From assembly GCA_963808235.1 (NCBI GenBank), contig CAWEEQ010000004.1, forward strand, positions 2,080,001 to 2,144,000: a stretch of DNA of 64,000 nucleotides, in the 5' to 3' direction. Of this stretch, positions 50,204 through 59,790 are shown piece after piece; the first letter of the stretch is position 1; every line of letters starts with the position of its first letter. The DNA comes from an uncultured delta proteobacterium (GTDB taxonomy: Bacteria > Desulfobacterota > Binatia > Binatales > Binataceae). The notes below the pieces were generated by a model. The model had not been told where the DNA came from. It ran no database searches and worked only from the letters and a program-made list of their open reading frames with translations. A program made the position numbers and the translations under genes.

Positions 50204-51763
50204 GTGGTCAATCTGGAAGCCTCTGAGATTCCACCAGCTGGATTTTCGGCGCCTCGGTCGCGATACGCCGATTGGACCAAATGGAATCCGTTGCCTTGCG
50301 CCCTCGCGGTGCAGGCTGCGCTCCTGTTTTACCGCCTCGATCTGCTCGAACCGTGGGGCGACGAATGGTTCACTCTCACGATAGTTCCACAGCCGTTGAA
50401 CCAAATCCGCGCTGTCGTCGAACGAGTCGCCCATCCGCCGCTCTATTTCTTCCTGCTGCATTTCTGGATTCAACTTCCGTGGCCCGCAAGTCCGCTCACA
50501 AAGATGCGTGCGATGTCGGTCCTGTGGACCTTGCTAGCCACCGTAATTTTAGACCGGCTGTGGCTGATCGAATTGGAGCCGAGGGTGCGGCGAATGTTCC
50601 TTTCGCTATGGGTACTATCGCCTTGCCTGCTGCTCTACGCGCGGATGGCGAGGTCCTACAGCATGCAGTTGGCGCTGGCACTGCTCACGATCTACGCCGC
50701 GTCGAAATGGCTGGCTCGGCCGCAAAGTTTACGATGGCTGCTGGCGTATAGCTGCTCTTTGGTCGCGCTTCTATACACGCACTATTTGCCGGGCTTGGCG
50801 ATTATGGCATCAGCATGGATGTTATTACTTGCAAAGCCGGAGTTGTCGCCGAAGATCCGCATGATGATCGCCGCTGCGCCGATTCTGGCGATCGCGCTCT
50901 TGTACCTATCGGGGCTAACGTTTCCCTTTCTGGCGCTTGGTGCGTGGAGAGCTTCCACCACGTATCGTGTAGGAAACCCGTTCGTCGATCAGCTCGTCCG
51001 GTTCGCCTATTGGTTCGTGTCGTTCTGCTTCGGCGAGACGATTTCCGCGCTCAGCATCGTACTTGGCGCATTACTGACGCCCGCGATTGCGTTCGCGTTG
51101 TATCGCGGTGTGCGGTCGCGACCGGAATGGATGAGCCTCCTTGCCGTGGCTTCCCTGGTCGGTTACATCGGAGTGAGTCGATGGACCGGGTTCCCGTTCA
51201 CACCCGCCCGGGTTCTGTTCGCATTGCCTTTCTTTCTGATCCTGCTGGTGAAAGGAATTGATGCGGGCGCGCGCGGCTCCATCGTATTCGCGGGTCTTTT
51301 GGTCGTATACATTTCCGGCGACTATAGCTACTTCGCAAAGACCGGCTACTTGAACAAGGCGTATTGCGTGCCCTACCAAACGATGGCCGACGTTATCGTC
51401 CGCGACTCACCAGTCAGCGGCGCCGTGCTCCTTGTCGATGGATACAGCTCCGTCCCTGCCCCATTGCTGATTCGGTTGGGAAAAGGGATCAGAGTGATCT
51501 TCCTTGACGACGAACAATCGGCCGAGCCCGAAGTGGAGACGGTCCGGCATCAGACGGGCATCATATGGTTCTGGCGCCACACCAACGATACTTCGCCGGA
51601 CAAATTTGTCAGCCGCCTGGAAACGGATTTGGCTCAGGGCAGGACTGTGAAGGAATACGACTATCTCCCCTACTCGATGCCCGAGCGTTGGATACTGCGC
51701 TTCCTGCGTGGTCCTGGACAGCCCAATTACTTTTACCAGCTATCAGAGCTGAAGCTGGACTAA
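50204..51763 (+). CDS. GT-C fold membrane glycosyltransferase (GT39/PMT-like)
   Basis: WGDEWFT, HPPLYFFLLH, YARMARSYS, LYTHY; multiple TM helices. Confidence 0.8.
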   Translation: MVNLEASEIPPAGFSAPRSRYADWTKWNPLPCALAVQAALLFYRLDLLEPWGDEWFTLTIVPQPLNQIRAVVERVAHPPLYFFLLHFWIQLPWPASPLTKMRAMSVLWTLLATVILDRLWLIELEPRVRRMFLSLWVLSPCLLLYARMARSYSMQLALALLTIYAASKWLARPQSLRWLLAYSCSLVALLYTHYLPGLAIMASAWMLLLAKPELSPKIRMMIAAAPILAIALLYLSGLTFPFLALGAWRASTTYRVGNPFVDQLVRFAYWFVSFCFGETISALSIVLGALLTPAIAFALYRGVRSRPEWMSLLAVASLVGYIGVSRWTGFPFTPARVLFALPFFLILLVKGIDAGARGSIVFAGLLVVYISGDYSYFAKTGYLNKAYCVPYQTMADVIVRDSPVSGAVLLVDGYSSVPAPLLIRLGKGIRVIFLDDEQSAEPEVETVRHQTGIIWFWRHTNDTSPDKFVSRLETDLAQGRTVKEYDYLPYSMPERWILRFLRGPGQPNYFYQLSELKLD

Positions 51764-51769
51764 ACAGGA

Positions 51770-53500
51770 TTGACCTTGTCCCTATCTGACCGCCCTCTTC
51801 TGAAGCACCTACTGCCCGTGAGCGCGTGCGCCACGGCCTTGCTCGCGCTGGGCCTGACGCCGTATGTTGTCACTTGGCTCTCAGGATACGGCTTTTTATG
51901 TCCTACCCAGGGCGACATGCCGTACTACCTGCAGTTAGCCGCGCAGCCTTACTACAATCACTCTCTCTACCTTAGCGATCCTATGATCCAGGGTGGCCCT
52001 ACGTTCTATCCCTGGCTTCAATACATACCGCTGGTCTGCTTGACCCGATTGCTAGGCTTACCGATCTTTGCGATTCAGGTTCTGTGGACAATAGCGGCCG
52101 CGCTCGGAACGAGTCTTACACTCTACTTGTTGCTGTGGCTGGTCTGCCGAAACAGATGGCTTGCGGCAGCTATCACGATTTGCGCCTGGGCCGACATCGA
52201 CTTGGGTATGAACAGGATCGCCCACCGGCCCTTGTTCATACACCAGATCTACCTGGTCGCTTCCGACTTGATCGCGCACCTGCGGGGGCATCGCCTGGTG
52301 GACAGGCCATGGTTTCCCTGGCAATGGCGACTTACCAATCCGGCGTTGGACTTCCCGTTCCTGTTTCTTCAGTTGATCGCGACTTCCATCGCTCGCGAGC
52401 ATCCGAACCGGCGCAACCTCGTTCTTTCCGGCTTAGTCCTCGCGCTGACGTTCTATATCTATTTCTACCTGTGGACGATGATAGCCGTGGGGCTCGGCCT
52501 GGCGATCCTGGTCGATCGGCCCGGCCGCCGGACTTACGTCTGGACGTTGGCATTGGGATTCGCGCTCGGATGGCCGCAGATCGCTCATGATTACCTGGTC
52601 AGAAGTGCATCGTCGGCCGAGGGGCTGAGATATTTCGGGCTAACTACCGACCGCTTGACTACTCTGTCTAAATCTTCTCCATATTTTCATCCTTACCTGG
52701 TTATAGGTGAGCTGGTTATTCTCGGTGTCTGGATTACCCGTCGAAAGGTCCCCTCTCTCGTTCTGACGTGGTGCATTACTTGCGCCGGCGTGGGCCTCTC
52801 ATTGGTTAACTTTGTGACAAGTGTCTATCTGCACAACTACCACTGGTCATGGCTGGTCGCTCCGCTCATACACATTCTGATGGTAGCTGTCGCGCTCGAC
52901 CTGATTATGCTTTGGAAACCGAGGCTGCAGATACCTGTTTGGGTGGGCGCACTATTTGTCTGCGCATTTCTGGCCAGCGGAATCTATCTCACAGAATCCA
53001 CCCTCACGGTCGTCGACTACGACGAGACCACATCACTTTACTCTGAATATGTTCGCCAAAGACTTTCGCCCGGAGTAACGCCTCTTAAGCCTGGCGCGGT
53101 GATTGCGGGCGAATGGAACGTCGTCGATCTCGCCGCGATCGCGGAGCGACAGAGGCCGCTGCGCGGGCGATTTCTGGATAACAACGTGCTCCTTGACGAC
53201 AAGGAGCGGCGAGACCGGTTCGTCCTCGATCACTATCTATCTGGAATCGACACCCACGACGACTTCGCAGTTCGATTGAAGGAGTACTTCTTTATTCCCC
53301 ACCCTCAACTGCCAGCCTATCTGCACACCTTCGACGAAGTATCTCGCGATCCGGACCGCTTCATCGATGATCTTAAGGTACGCTACCTCGTGCTCCCAGC
53401 AACTCAGCCTATCCCGAAGTCCCTGAGCCGCAGGTGGAATCTCATCCAGCCGGGTCCCTACTTCCGGATTTGGGAATGGACTGACAGCGCTCCGAAATAA
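51770..53500 (+). CDS. Polytopic membrane protein, probable GT-C glycosyltransferase
   Basis: TM1 followed by QGDMPYY acidic loop, many TM helices, soluble C-terminus KVRYLVL. Confidence 0.55.
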   Translation: MTLSLSDRPLLKHLLPVSACATALLALGLTPYVVTWLSGYGFLCPTQGDMPYYLQLAAQPYYNHSLYLSDPMIQGGPTFYPWLQYIPLVCLTRLLGLPIFAIQVLWTIAAALGTSLTLYLLLWLVCRNRWLAAAITICAWADIDLGMNRIAHRPLFIHQIYLVASDLIAHLRGHRLVDRPWFPWQWRLTNPALDFPFLFLQLIATSIAREHPNRRNLVLSGLVLALTFYIYFYLWTMIAVGLGLAILVDRPGRRTYVWTLALGFALGWPQIAHDYLVRSASSAEGLRYFGLTTDRLTTLSKSSPYFHPYLVIGELVILGVWITRRKVPSLVLTWCITCAGVGLSLVNFVTSVYLHNYHWSWLVAPLIHILMVAVALDLIMLWKPRLQIPVWVGALFVCAFLASGIYLTESTLTVVDYDETTSLYSEYVRQRLSPGVTPLKPGAVIAGEWNVVDLAAIAERQRPLRGRFLDNNVLLDDKERRDRFVLDHYLSGIDTHDDFAVRLKEYFFIPHPQLPAYLHTFDEVSRDPDRFIDDLKVRYLVLPATQPIPKSLSRRWNLIQPGPYFRIWEWTDSAPK

Positions 53501-53525
53501 ATCTGTTCCCGGCCGATCGTGGAAA

Positions 53526-54666
53526 TCAGTTGCTATATCGCTCGGACAGATTCGCCGCCCTGGTCAGCGCGGCGTTCCAATTCTCGAAGCGTTCCGGATA
53601 TTGCGCGAGAAGCGCCTTTGCGATCTCATCGAGCGTAAGCTTCTGCAGCATGAGATCGAGCACCAGGCTGTCGATCCGCGAGTCTTCGTTGGGCTCCGGA
53701 ACAAAGCTATGTGCGCGTTTGCGCAGGCGGCCGGGCGAAAGCATTGCGCCATCGAAGGTCGATTGCCGAAACCGGGCCTTCACTCGCTCGCAACTCGTCA
53801 CCCGCGTTTCCCACGACCATTGGTAGTCCGACCGGACGAAGGCGGCGCGGAGCTGAACCTCGACCTGGTCGCCCGCCATCAGTTCGACGGCTTCAGGCCA
53901 TGGAAAGAACGAGTTGCTTGTAAACGTGCCGCTCGCCGGAGGCGGGCGAATTGGAATACCCCATCCCCGGGGCGGTTTCGCAATCAAACCAGGTGCACAG
54001 ACCGTGAGCCGTGGCGGCTCGATCGATCACCCACCGCATCTCGCCGTCAACGTTGATGCCCGCGAGGTTCTTGTAGTCCAGGGCCACCCATCGTTGCGGT
54101 GCCGCGATCAAGTCTTCCGCGCTAAGCCGAAATCCGAAATTGTTATTCACTGCTTTGAGACGCGCGCGGTCGAAATCGAATTGATACTCGTTGCCCCACG
54201 CACCGATGAACTTGTCGTAAAGCTCGCGGCAAGAGACAGGCGCGGCCCATATCGTGTCGCGTGCCGGGATGATCCAGCCGTCGGGCTTCAGAAATCTGTC
54301 GCGTGCGTCGAGAATCGAAACGATACTCTTGCCGAAAAGCGGACTGCCGCCGCGAATGTCCGCGACGATACCGTCGACCTTCTCTGGAAGATCGATATCG
54401 GTCGTCATCGCCTGAATGAATTCGATGCGGTCCGAAAACCCGTTGTCTGCCGCGATCTGCTCGGCGAGCTTGATCACGTCATCAGGTTCGACCGCGTAAA
54501 CTTTGCGAGCGCCGGCACGACACGCAAGAAACGCCATGATTCCAGGTCCGGCGCCGATATCCAAAACGACCGCGCCTGGCCGGACGTTAGCCCTCAGCGC
54601 GCGGTCATAAGATGAGGTACGCCCTTTGTCGGCGACCATTTCGCCGTAGGCTACGAGATCATACAT
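53526..54666 (-). CDS. PRMT-like class I SAM methyltransferase, 1-nt frameshift near 53914
   Basis: YGEMVADKGRT..Y, VLDIGAGPGI, VYAVE, ARDRFLKPDG.IIP, HGLCTWFD...SNSP; continues as SFFPWPEAV...DYQWSW in the next frame. Confidence 0.85.
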
Positions 54667-54684
54667 CCGGGCGCTTGAACCGGC

Positions 54685-54856
54685 TCAAGTATTGTCGGAA
54701 GTGTGGGTCCCGTCGCCAGTATCCTGCATAGTGTTTCTGTGCATCATTTTGGTGATGGACCCTAGATCGCCGTAGACTTGTACCTGCGGTTTGCCATACG
54801 GCTTCTTTCCTTCAGGGCTCACTGCTCGAGTCGTCCTTCTGATCTTCCAAAACCAT
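54685..54856 (-). CDS. Lasso peptide precursor A2: ...KKPYGKPQVQVYGDLGSITK-MMHRNTMQDTGDGTHTSDNT
   Basis: YxxPxVxxYGxLxxxT lasso leader motif; open from GTG 54822 to TGA 54685 (45 aa); ATG 54856 with GGAGG RBS is out of frame by an indel near 54830. Confidence 0.82.
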
Positions 54857-54876
54857 TGTTGCTCCCTCCCGACTAT

Positions 54877-54978
54877 TCAGTTTCGCGATGTTAGGTAACC
54901 ATAATAAAGTTCGCCCCCAGCCCCTCTTTCATCATCTATCTCGGCGACCATTTCGCCGTAGTTTACGAGATCATACAT
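54877..54978 (-). pseudogene. Truncated duplicate of the methyltransferase 5' end
   Basis: MYDLVNYGEMVAE versus MYDLVAYGEMVAD, then diverges to a stop. Confidence 0.75.
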
Positions 54979-54998
54979 CCTGATCGCTTTAGACCTTT

Positions 54999-55173
54999 TC
55001 AGGTGTTGTCCGAAGTATGCGTCCCGTCGCCAGTATCCTGCATAGTGTTTCTGTGCATCATTTTGGTGATGGACCCTGAGATCTCCATAGATTTGTAACT
55101 GCGGTTTGCTATACGGCTTCTTTTCTTTGGGTCCGACCGCCCCATCAACATCCTTCCGACTCTCCAAAACCAT
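54999..55173 (-). CDS. Lasso peptide precursor A1: MVLESRKDVDGAVGPKEKKPYSKPQLQIYGDL(R/G)SITK-MMHRNTMQDTGDGTHTSDNT, one extra base near 55077
   Basis: YSKPQLQIYGDL leader; removing 1 nt in CTCAGGGTCC restores a core identical to A2. Confidence 0.82.
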
Positions 55174-57008
55174 TCCTCAATCCCTCCTGACCATTCAATT
55201 TCATGACGTTAGAACACCATAACCAATGATTAAGAACAACCGGCCGCAGGTTCAGCCAGAACTCCCGCGCGTCGGTGGGCATCGTGCCTGGCACCTTCCG
55301 CGGATCCACGTACTTGAGAAGTTCTCCGGTCGGAACCAGCGGCGGCATCCCGGCGCGCCGAACGGCTTGAAATAGCGGAGATCTCAGCCAGCGGCGCCTT
55401 GTCCCTGCGAACCACTTCGTCCGGCAATATATTGCGCATCGCCCGCCTGAGCAAATACTTCCGCCGACACCATGGCAGAGCAGGCACCGAAAGCATATAG
55501 CGGAGCAGTCTCAGATCCACATACGGATGCCAAAACTCCACCGGCGCTTCCGTGAAACCGGGATCCATCGATTCGAACAACCTCGACCACGACGCGCTGG
55601 CGAATGACCCAAACCCAACGGGTCGGACCGGATGAAGCGAATTTGTGGGAGATTGCACCGTCTCCCATCGAGTGCGCGCGTGAATCCTCGATGCGAACTC
55701 ATCGTCAAGCCAGGGTGGAAATCCCGGTTGAGGCACTTCACCGCCGTTGCGCGTGACGTAAGATGCAATCGCCGACGTGGGAAGAACCCGCCGATGTGCG
55801 ATCGCATGCTGGAAAACATCTCGTATCAGTCTGCTCCAGAGGTGCTGTTGTGCCAGGTAACGGAGATACGGCTTCCATTCGTACATCAGCGCGTTGTCCG
55901 AGCCCTCTCCATAAAAGAACACGCGTCCATGTTCGGCCAGTCCGCGATATTCCTCGAGTTTGAACGCGCGCTTGACGGAATAGACTGCCGGTTCAGGAGT
56001 CCGAAAGGGACGGCTGTTCCACTCCCAATCTATTTGCTTGTCGTCGCACGATCGGTAGTGAATCGGAATACCGAGGTGCTGGGCGACCAACCCCGCATAG
56101 TAACGCTCCTCGTCAGGAATCAGATGATCGAAGACGTTGGTGAAGGCCTCCACCGCCGGTCGACGCTCCGAGAACTTGCACGCGGCCGCCGCGAGCGAGG
56201 TCGAGTCCAGTCCGCCCGACATGAACACACCAACCCACGGGGTGCGGGTTCGATCCCGGACTGCAAGCGTCAGTAATTCCGTGAAGCGATCCACGTAATC
56301 CGAGCTGCGCTTGTAGAACACCGGCTCATCGACCGGCATCGACCAGTAACTGCGCGCGACGCAATTGTCTTTTGAGATGGCGAGTGAATGAGCAGGCGCT
56401 AACCGCTGGATATCGGAAAAAATGGTCGTGGCTTTTTCCTGGTTCGTGCCGAAAAGCAAAAAATCGGCAACCGCCTGCTCGTTCAGCTTGCTGGAAACAT
56501 CCGGATGCCGCCGTACGCAGTTCAGAGTATTGCTGAAGACGAACGTTTTACCGGATCGAAAATAGTAGAAAGGTCTGACCCCCAGGTGATCGCGAGCGCA
56601 AAACACCCGTCGAATATGTCCGTCCCAGATCGCGAAGGCGAAATCGCCGAGCAAATGCTCTACGCACTCCTCTTTTAAGGCGTGGTATGCGTGCAGGATG
56701 AGTTCCGCATCAGGCGCCGCGGACACTACCTCCTGACCCTTTGATTTTAGCTTTTCAACCAGGTTCTCGCGGTCATCGATGCGCGCGTCAGCCGTGATCC
56801 AGACTTGGCCGTCCAGACTGAACGGCTGATGCTCCCGCTCGGACTCCCAGGTGGTCCGCAGCATCGTATGACCGAAGCCGACATTCCCCTCGATCCACAT
56901 GCTCTGCGCATCAGGACCCCGGAAGGCCTGATGATCGGTCATCTCCTTGAGCAATAGACGGTCGACCGGTGCGCCGTCCAAATTGACTATGCCGACGATT
57001 CCACTCAT
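55145..57008 (-). CDS. Asparagine-synthetase-like lasso cyclase (C protein), frameshift near 55350-55385
   Basis: MSGIVG (no catalytic Cys2), ARDHLGVRP, PP-loop SGGLDSTS, HPYVDLRL, KYLLRRAM...RDKAPL; tail YVDP...LRPVVLNHWL in the next frame. Confidence 0.87.
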
Positions 57009-58858
57009 TGCGAATTACGCGACTCAGCGGAAAGAGCCCGCGAGGAACCCTTCACCTTTTCCGGTTTGTTGGCTGGCAGCGCCCCGCTTACGACCTGCTG
57101 ATAGAAATTCTCCAATGCCACGACACTTCGCTTGTCCGAATAAAGTCCCTGCCAGCCGGCGACCAGACGTTGAACGACGCGCTCCCGCCATTCCCGATCG
57201 AGCCCAAGATTGACGGCGATCTCAACGTAGTCGGATTTGTCGCGCGCGATAGTCTCGGTCACTCCGAGCTGGGTCAGGATGGCATACGAGTGCCGGCCGC
57301 GCATGAACCTTCCCGGCAATGTCACCACGGGCAACTTGCATGCGATCGCCTCGAAGGTGGAATTGCAGCCGGACCATTCGATGTTATCCAGAAAAATGTC
57401 GCAGAGAGAATTGAGGTTCCAGTAAGTGATCTCGTCAACGGTTGGTACGAATACCACGCGGTCGGCAATCGGCACTCGGGCCGCGGAAAACGCTTTGTCG
57501 AGTCTTCGCTGGAAATCGTTTTTGAGCGCCTCGTTCCACGCAATGAAAACAAATTGCGCGTCCGGTACTCGCTTTGCGATCGCCGGGAACACGTCATCGT
57601 GTTGCGGCAGATACTTGATAGTCGACTGGCATGACAAGTAGGCGATAGCGTCGTCCCGAATCCCAAAATCCGCTCGCGTTTTGTAAAACAAAGCTCTGGG
57701 AATCACCGGCTTCCGGTAACAGATGCCGATACCGGGCAGAGAAACCAACTTTTCAGTATAGAAGCTCTGCGCGCCCTCAGGCTCCATCAGATCACTCGAC
57801 AAAAAGTAGTCGATCGTAGGCAGTCCCGAGGTCATGGGATGGCCCCAGGTGGTGCATTGGATCGGAGCCAGGCGCAGCGCTCCCAGTTGGGTCATTCGCG
57901 GATCCATCCCGATGTCCAGGAAGACCAGGACATGTAACTGATCCGAGAGGATCGCGCGGCAGGTCTCTTCCAGATCGCCCGCCAGGTGTCGGAAGCGGAA
58001 ACTTGCGCGCCGCGCATCCTCGGTCCGGCCGTCTGCCTCACTTCCGAGGTAATAGGAAAAAATCTGGAATCTGTCTCGACTGTGTTCCTCGAGCCATCCC
58101 AGGTGATCCTTGGCGACGCTATGATTGCGCAAATTGGCCGAGACGTAACCGATGCGCAGCTTGCCGTCATCCGGCGGCATTCGAAGCCGCTGCACCCAAT
58201 CCGGATAGTTCGCCGCCATGATGCGATGCGCGACGTCGCCGTACATCGCCTGGAGTGTTCGGTCATCGTGCCCTTGGTACGCGAGTTGAAAATTAACGTG
58301 ACGTTTGAGTCCCGCCAGGCAACTCTCCCTTTCCTCCGCAGTGTCGAGGCGCAGTCCATCCGCGATTTCGCGTAGACCTTCGGTGAACCGGCAGCGGTAC
58401 CGCTCAACTTCATCCGAATCCGAGTACAACATCGGCAGGAGCAGTCCCTCCTGGAGCTTGAATAAGAAATCGGAAGGAAACTTCGCGCGCGCAGCCCGAA
58501 CTATTTCAAGGGCGTCCGCGGTGCGATTGCTGTCTTCCAGGAGCCGGATGCATCGCCGATAAAGTTTCACCGGCGCCGCGCACTGCTTGATCCCCGTTCG
58601 AAGCGTGTCGATCGCGGCTTCGTACCCGCCAAGCGCCTCCTGACATCGCGCCGCCTCCATGTAGGCTTCCGGATCCCGATCGCGAACTCGCAACTCTGCG
58701 CAAGCCTTCTCCAACGCCGCCAGGTGCGCTTTGTGCTCTTCGACTTTGAACGATTCGCACTGTTGCCTGAAGATGTCTTTCACAGAATTCAATTGCAAAA
58801 AACTCTTCTCATGCAGTGCTGGAAATCTTTTCGTCGCTCGCGCGACCGCCATCGGCAA
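57005..58858 (-). CDS. TPR-containing O-GlcNAc transferase/SPINDLY-type glycosyltransferase (GT41)
   Basis: TPR-like N-terminus; LRIGYVS...HSV, LDIGMDP, RLAPIQCTTWGHP.TSGLPTIDYF, DIFLD..WSGCNSTFEA, LPVVTLPG..MRGR. True start probably ~58775-58800. Confidence 0.88.
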   Translation of the reverse strand: MPMAVARATKRFPALHEKSFLQLNSVKDIFRQQCESFKVEEHKAHLAALEKACAELRVRDRDPEAYMEAARCQEALGGYEAAIDTLRTGIKQCAAPVKLYRRCIRLLEDSNRTADALEIVRAARAKFPSDFLFKLQEGLLLPMLYSDSDEVERYRCRFTEGLREIADGLRLDTAEERESCLAGLKRHVNFQLAYQGHDDRTLQAMYGDVAHRIMAANYPDWVQRLRMPPDDGKLRIGYVSANLRNHSVAKDHLGWLEEHSRDRFQIFSYYLGSEADGRTEDARRASFRFRHLAGDLEETCRAILSDQLHVLVFLDIGMDPRMTQLGALRLAPIQCTTWGHPMTSGLPTIDYFLSSDLMEPEGAQSFYTEKLVSLPGIGICYRKPVIPRALFYKTRADFGIRDDAIAYLSCQSTIKYLPQHDDVFPAIAKRVPDAQFVFIAWNEALKNDFQRRLDKAFSAARVPIADRVVFVPTVDEITYWNLNSLCDIFLDNIEWSGCNSTFEAIACKLPVVTLPGRFMRGRHSYAILTQLGVTETIARDKSDYVEIAVNLGLDREWRERVVQRLVAGWQGLYSDKRSVVALENFYQQVVSGALPANKPEKVKGSSRALSAESRNSQ

Positions 58859-59790
58859 GGTCGGCGAGGATCCGGGCGCGAACTTCCGGAAGCAGCGCGA
58901 GGTCTCTTGGATACGAAATTCGTTTCACTGGCACTTGAGAGGCCAGCTGCCGCGATTTCGAAAATAGTTGCTGCAGACGTTCGCGGATCAGTCATCACGC
59001 TATTAAAAGTGTGGCGAATCAGTTCGACTAGCGCCTCGCGCTGAGAAAGCGTGGCGATCTGGATGCGCTGCTTGCGAAAGACCTCGCGCGGACCGCTGAG
59101 CACATAAACGGTGTGCAACGGCACCGGACTGGCCTGGTGGTGATGCTCTCCGAGCGGCAGTACCAGCTTCTCCGACCAATCGTTCATGCGCACGCCCTCG
59201 CCGCTCAGACCCAGGCAGCGGCGCGCCACCCACGGGAACACCTTGATTCGAGGTGGACCCGGCTGTGCCTCAAAACCGCCCGACGACTTTTGCGATACCA
59301 GCAGCAGATCGTCGGTGAGCAGCCGATGCCCATCGCTTAGAAATGTCGCCGCAAGCGAGGACTTCCCGAATCCACTCTCGCCAACGAATGCCAGCGCGTC
59401 CCCATCCAACACAACCGTGCTCGAATGAATCGGCTCAAAGCCCTGCTTCACCAGCGCAAACGACAGCGCGCGCCCCAAAAGGTAGACCTGCAACGATTCA
59501 CGAGACTCCGCACCGAGCCACCCGAACCAGATCCGGCGTCCGTCGCCATCCACCACGAACTCACAAAGGCCATCCCAGCGCAGGTAGACCTGATCATTGT
59601 CGAGGATAGCGTACTCGTACTGACGGTACGCGGCGGACTTCAGGAGCGCATCGCGACTCTTCTCACGAAAGAAGCTATCCGATTCGCTGAGCAGGTCGAC
59701 GTCCGGTTCCCCGATCGGGGAACCTTCCGCGAAGGAAAGCTCGACGTCGCTTCGCAGACGAATTCCGTAGATTTCATAGCGGTGCGTCAT
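58809..59790 (-). CDS. HPr-kinase-like (lasso peptide) kinase, 1-nt frameshift near 58983
   Basis: IHSSTV, GESGFGKSS, LLTDDLL; corrected tail ERLQQLF...VPVKRISYPRDLALLPEV to TGA 58809. Confidence 0.85.

Larger units (their letters stand above)
54629..55225. repeat. Tandem duplication (period about 314 bp) spanning cyclase 3' end, precursor gene and methyltransferase 5' end
   Basis: Two aligned copies, e.g. GTCCCGTCGCCAGTATCCTGCATAGTGTTTCTGTGCATCATTTTGGTGATGGACCCT at ~54707 and ~55021, and ACGAGATCATACATCC at ~54653 and ~54965. Confidence 0.92.

Noticed and set aside
54877-55173. 98-aa ORF taken as a real protein
   Set aside because: It is a chimera of precursor leader, out-of-frame core and the duplicated methyltransferase start; synonymous changes support the other frame
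54629-55225. CRISPR-like or IS-derived repeat
   Set aside because: Only two long diverged coding copies; no spacers, terminal inverted repeats or cas/transposase genes
55145-57008. Housekeeping asparagine synthetase AsnB
   Set aside because: Lacks the catalytic N-terminal Cys and lies next to the RRE and a lasso-leader precursor
58809-59790. Catabolite-repression HPr kinase/phosphorylase
   Set aside because: No PTS context; coupled to the RRE as in lasso kinase clusters
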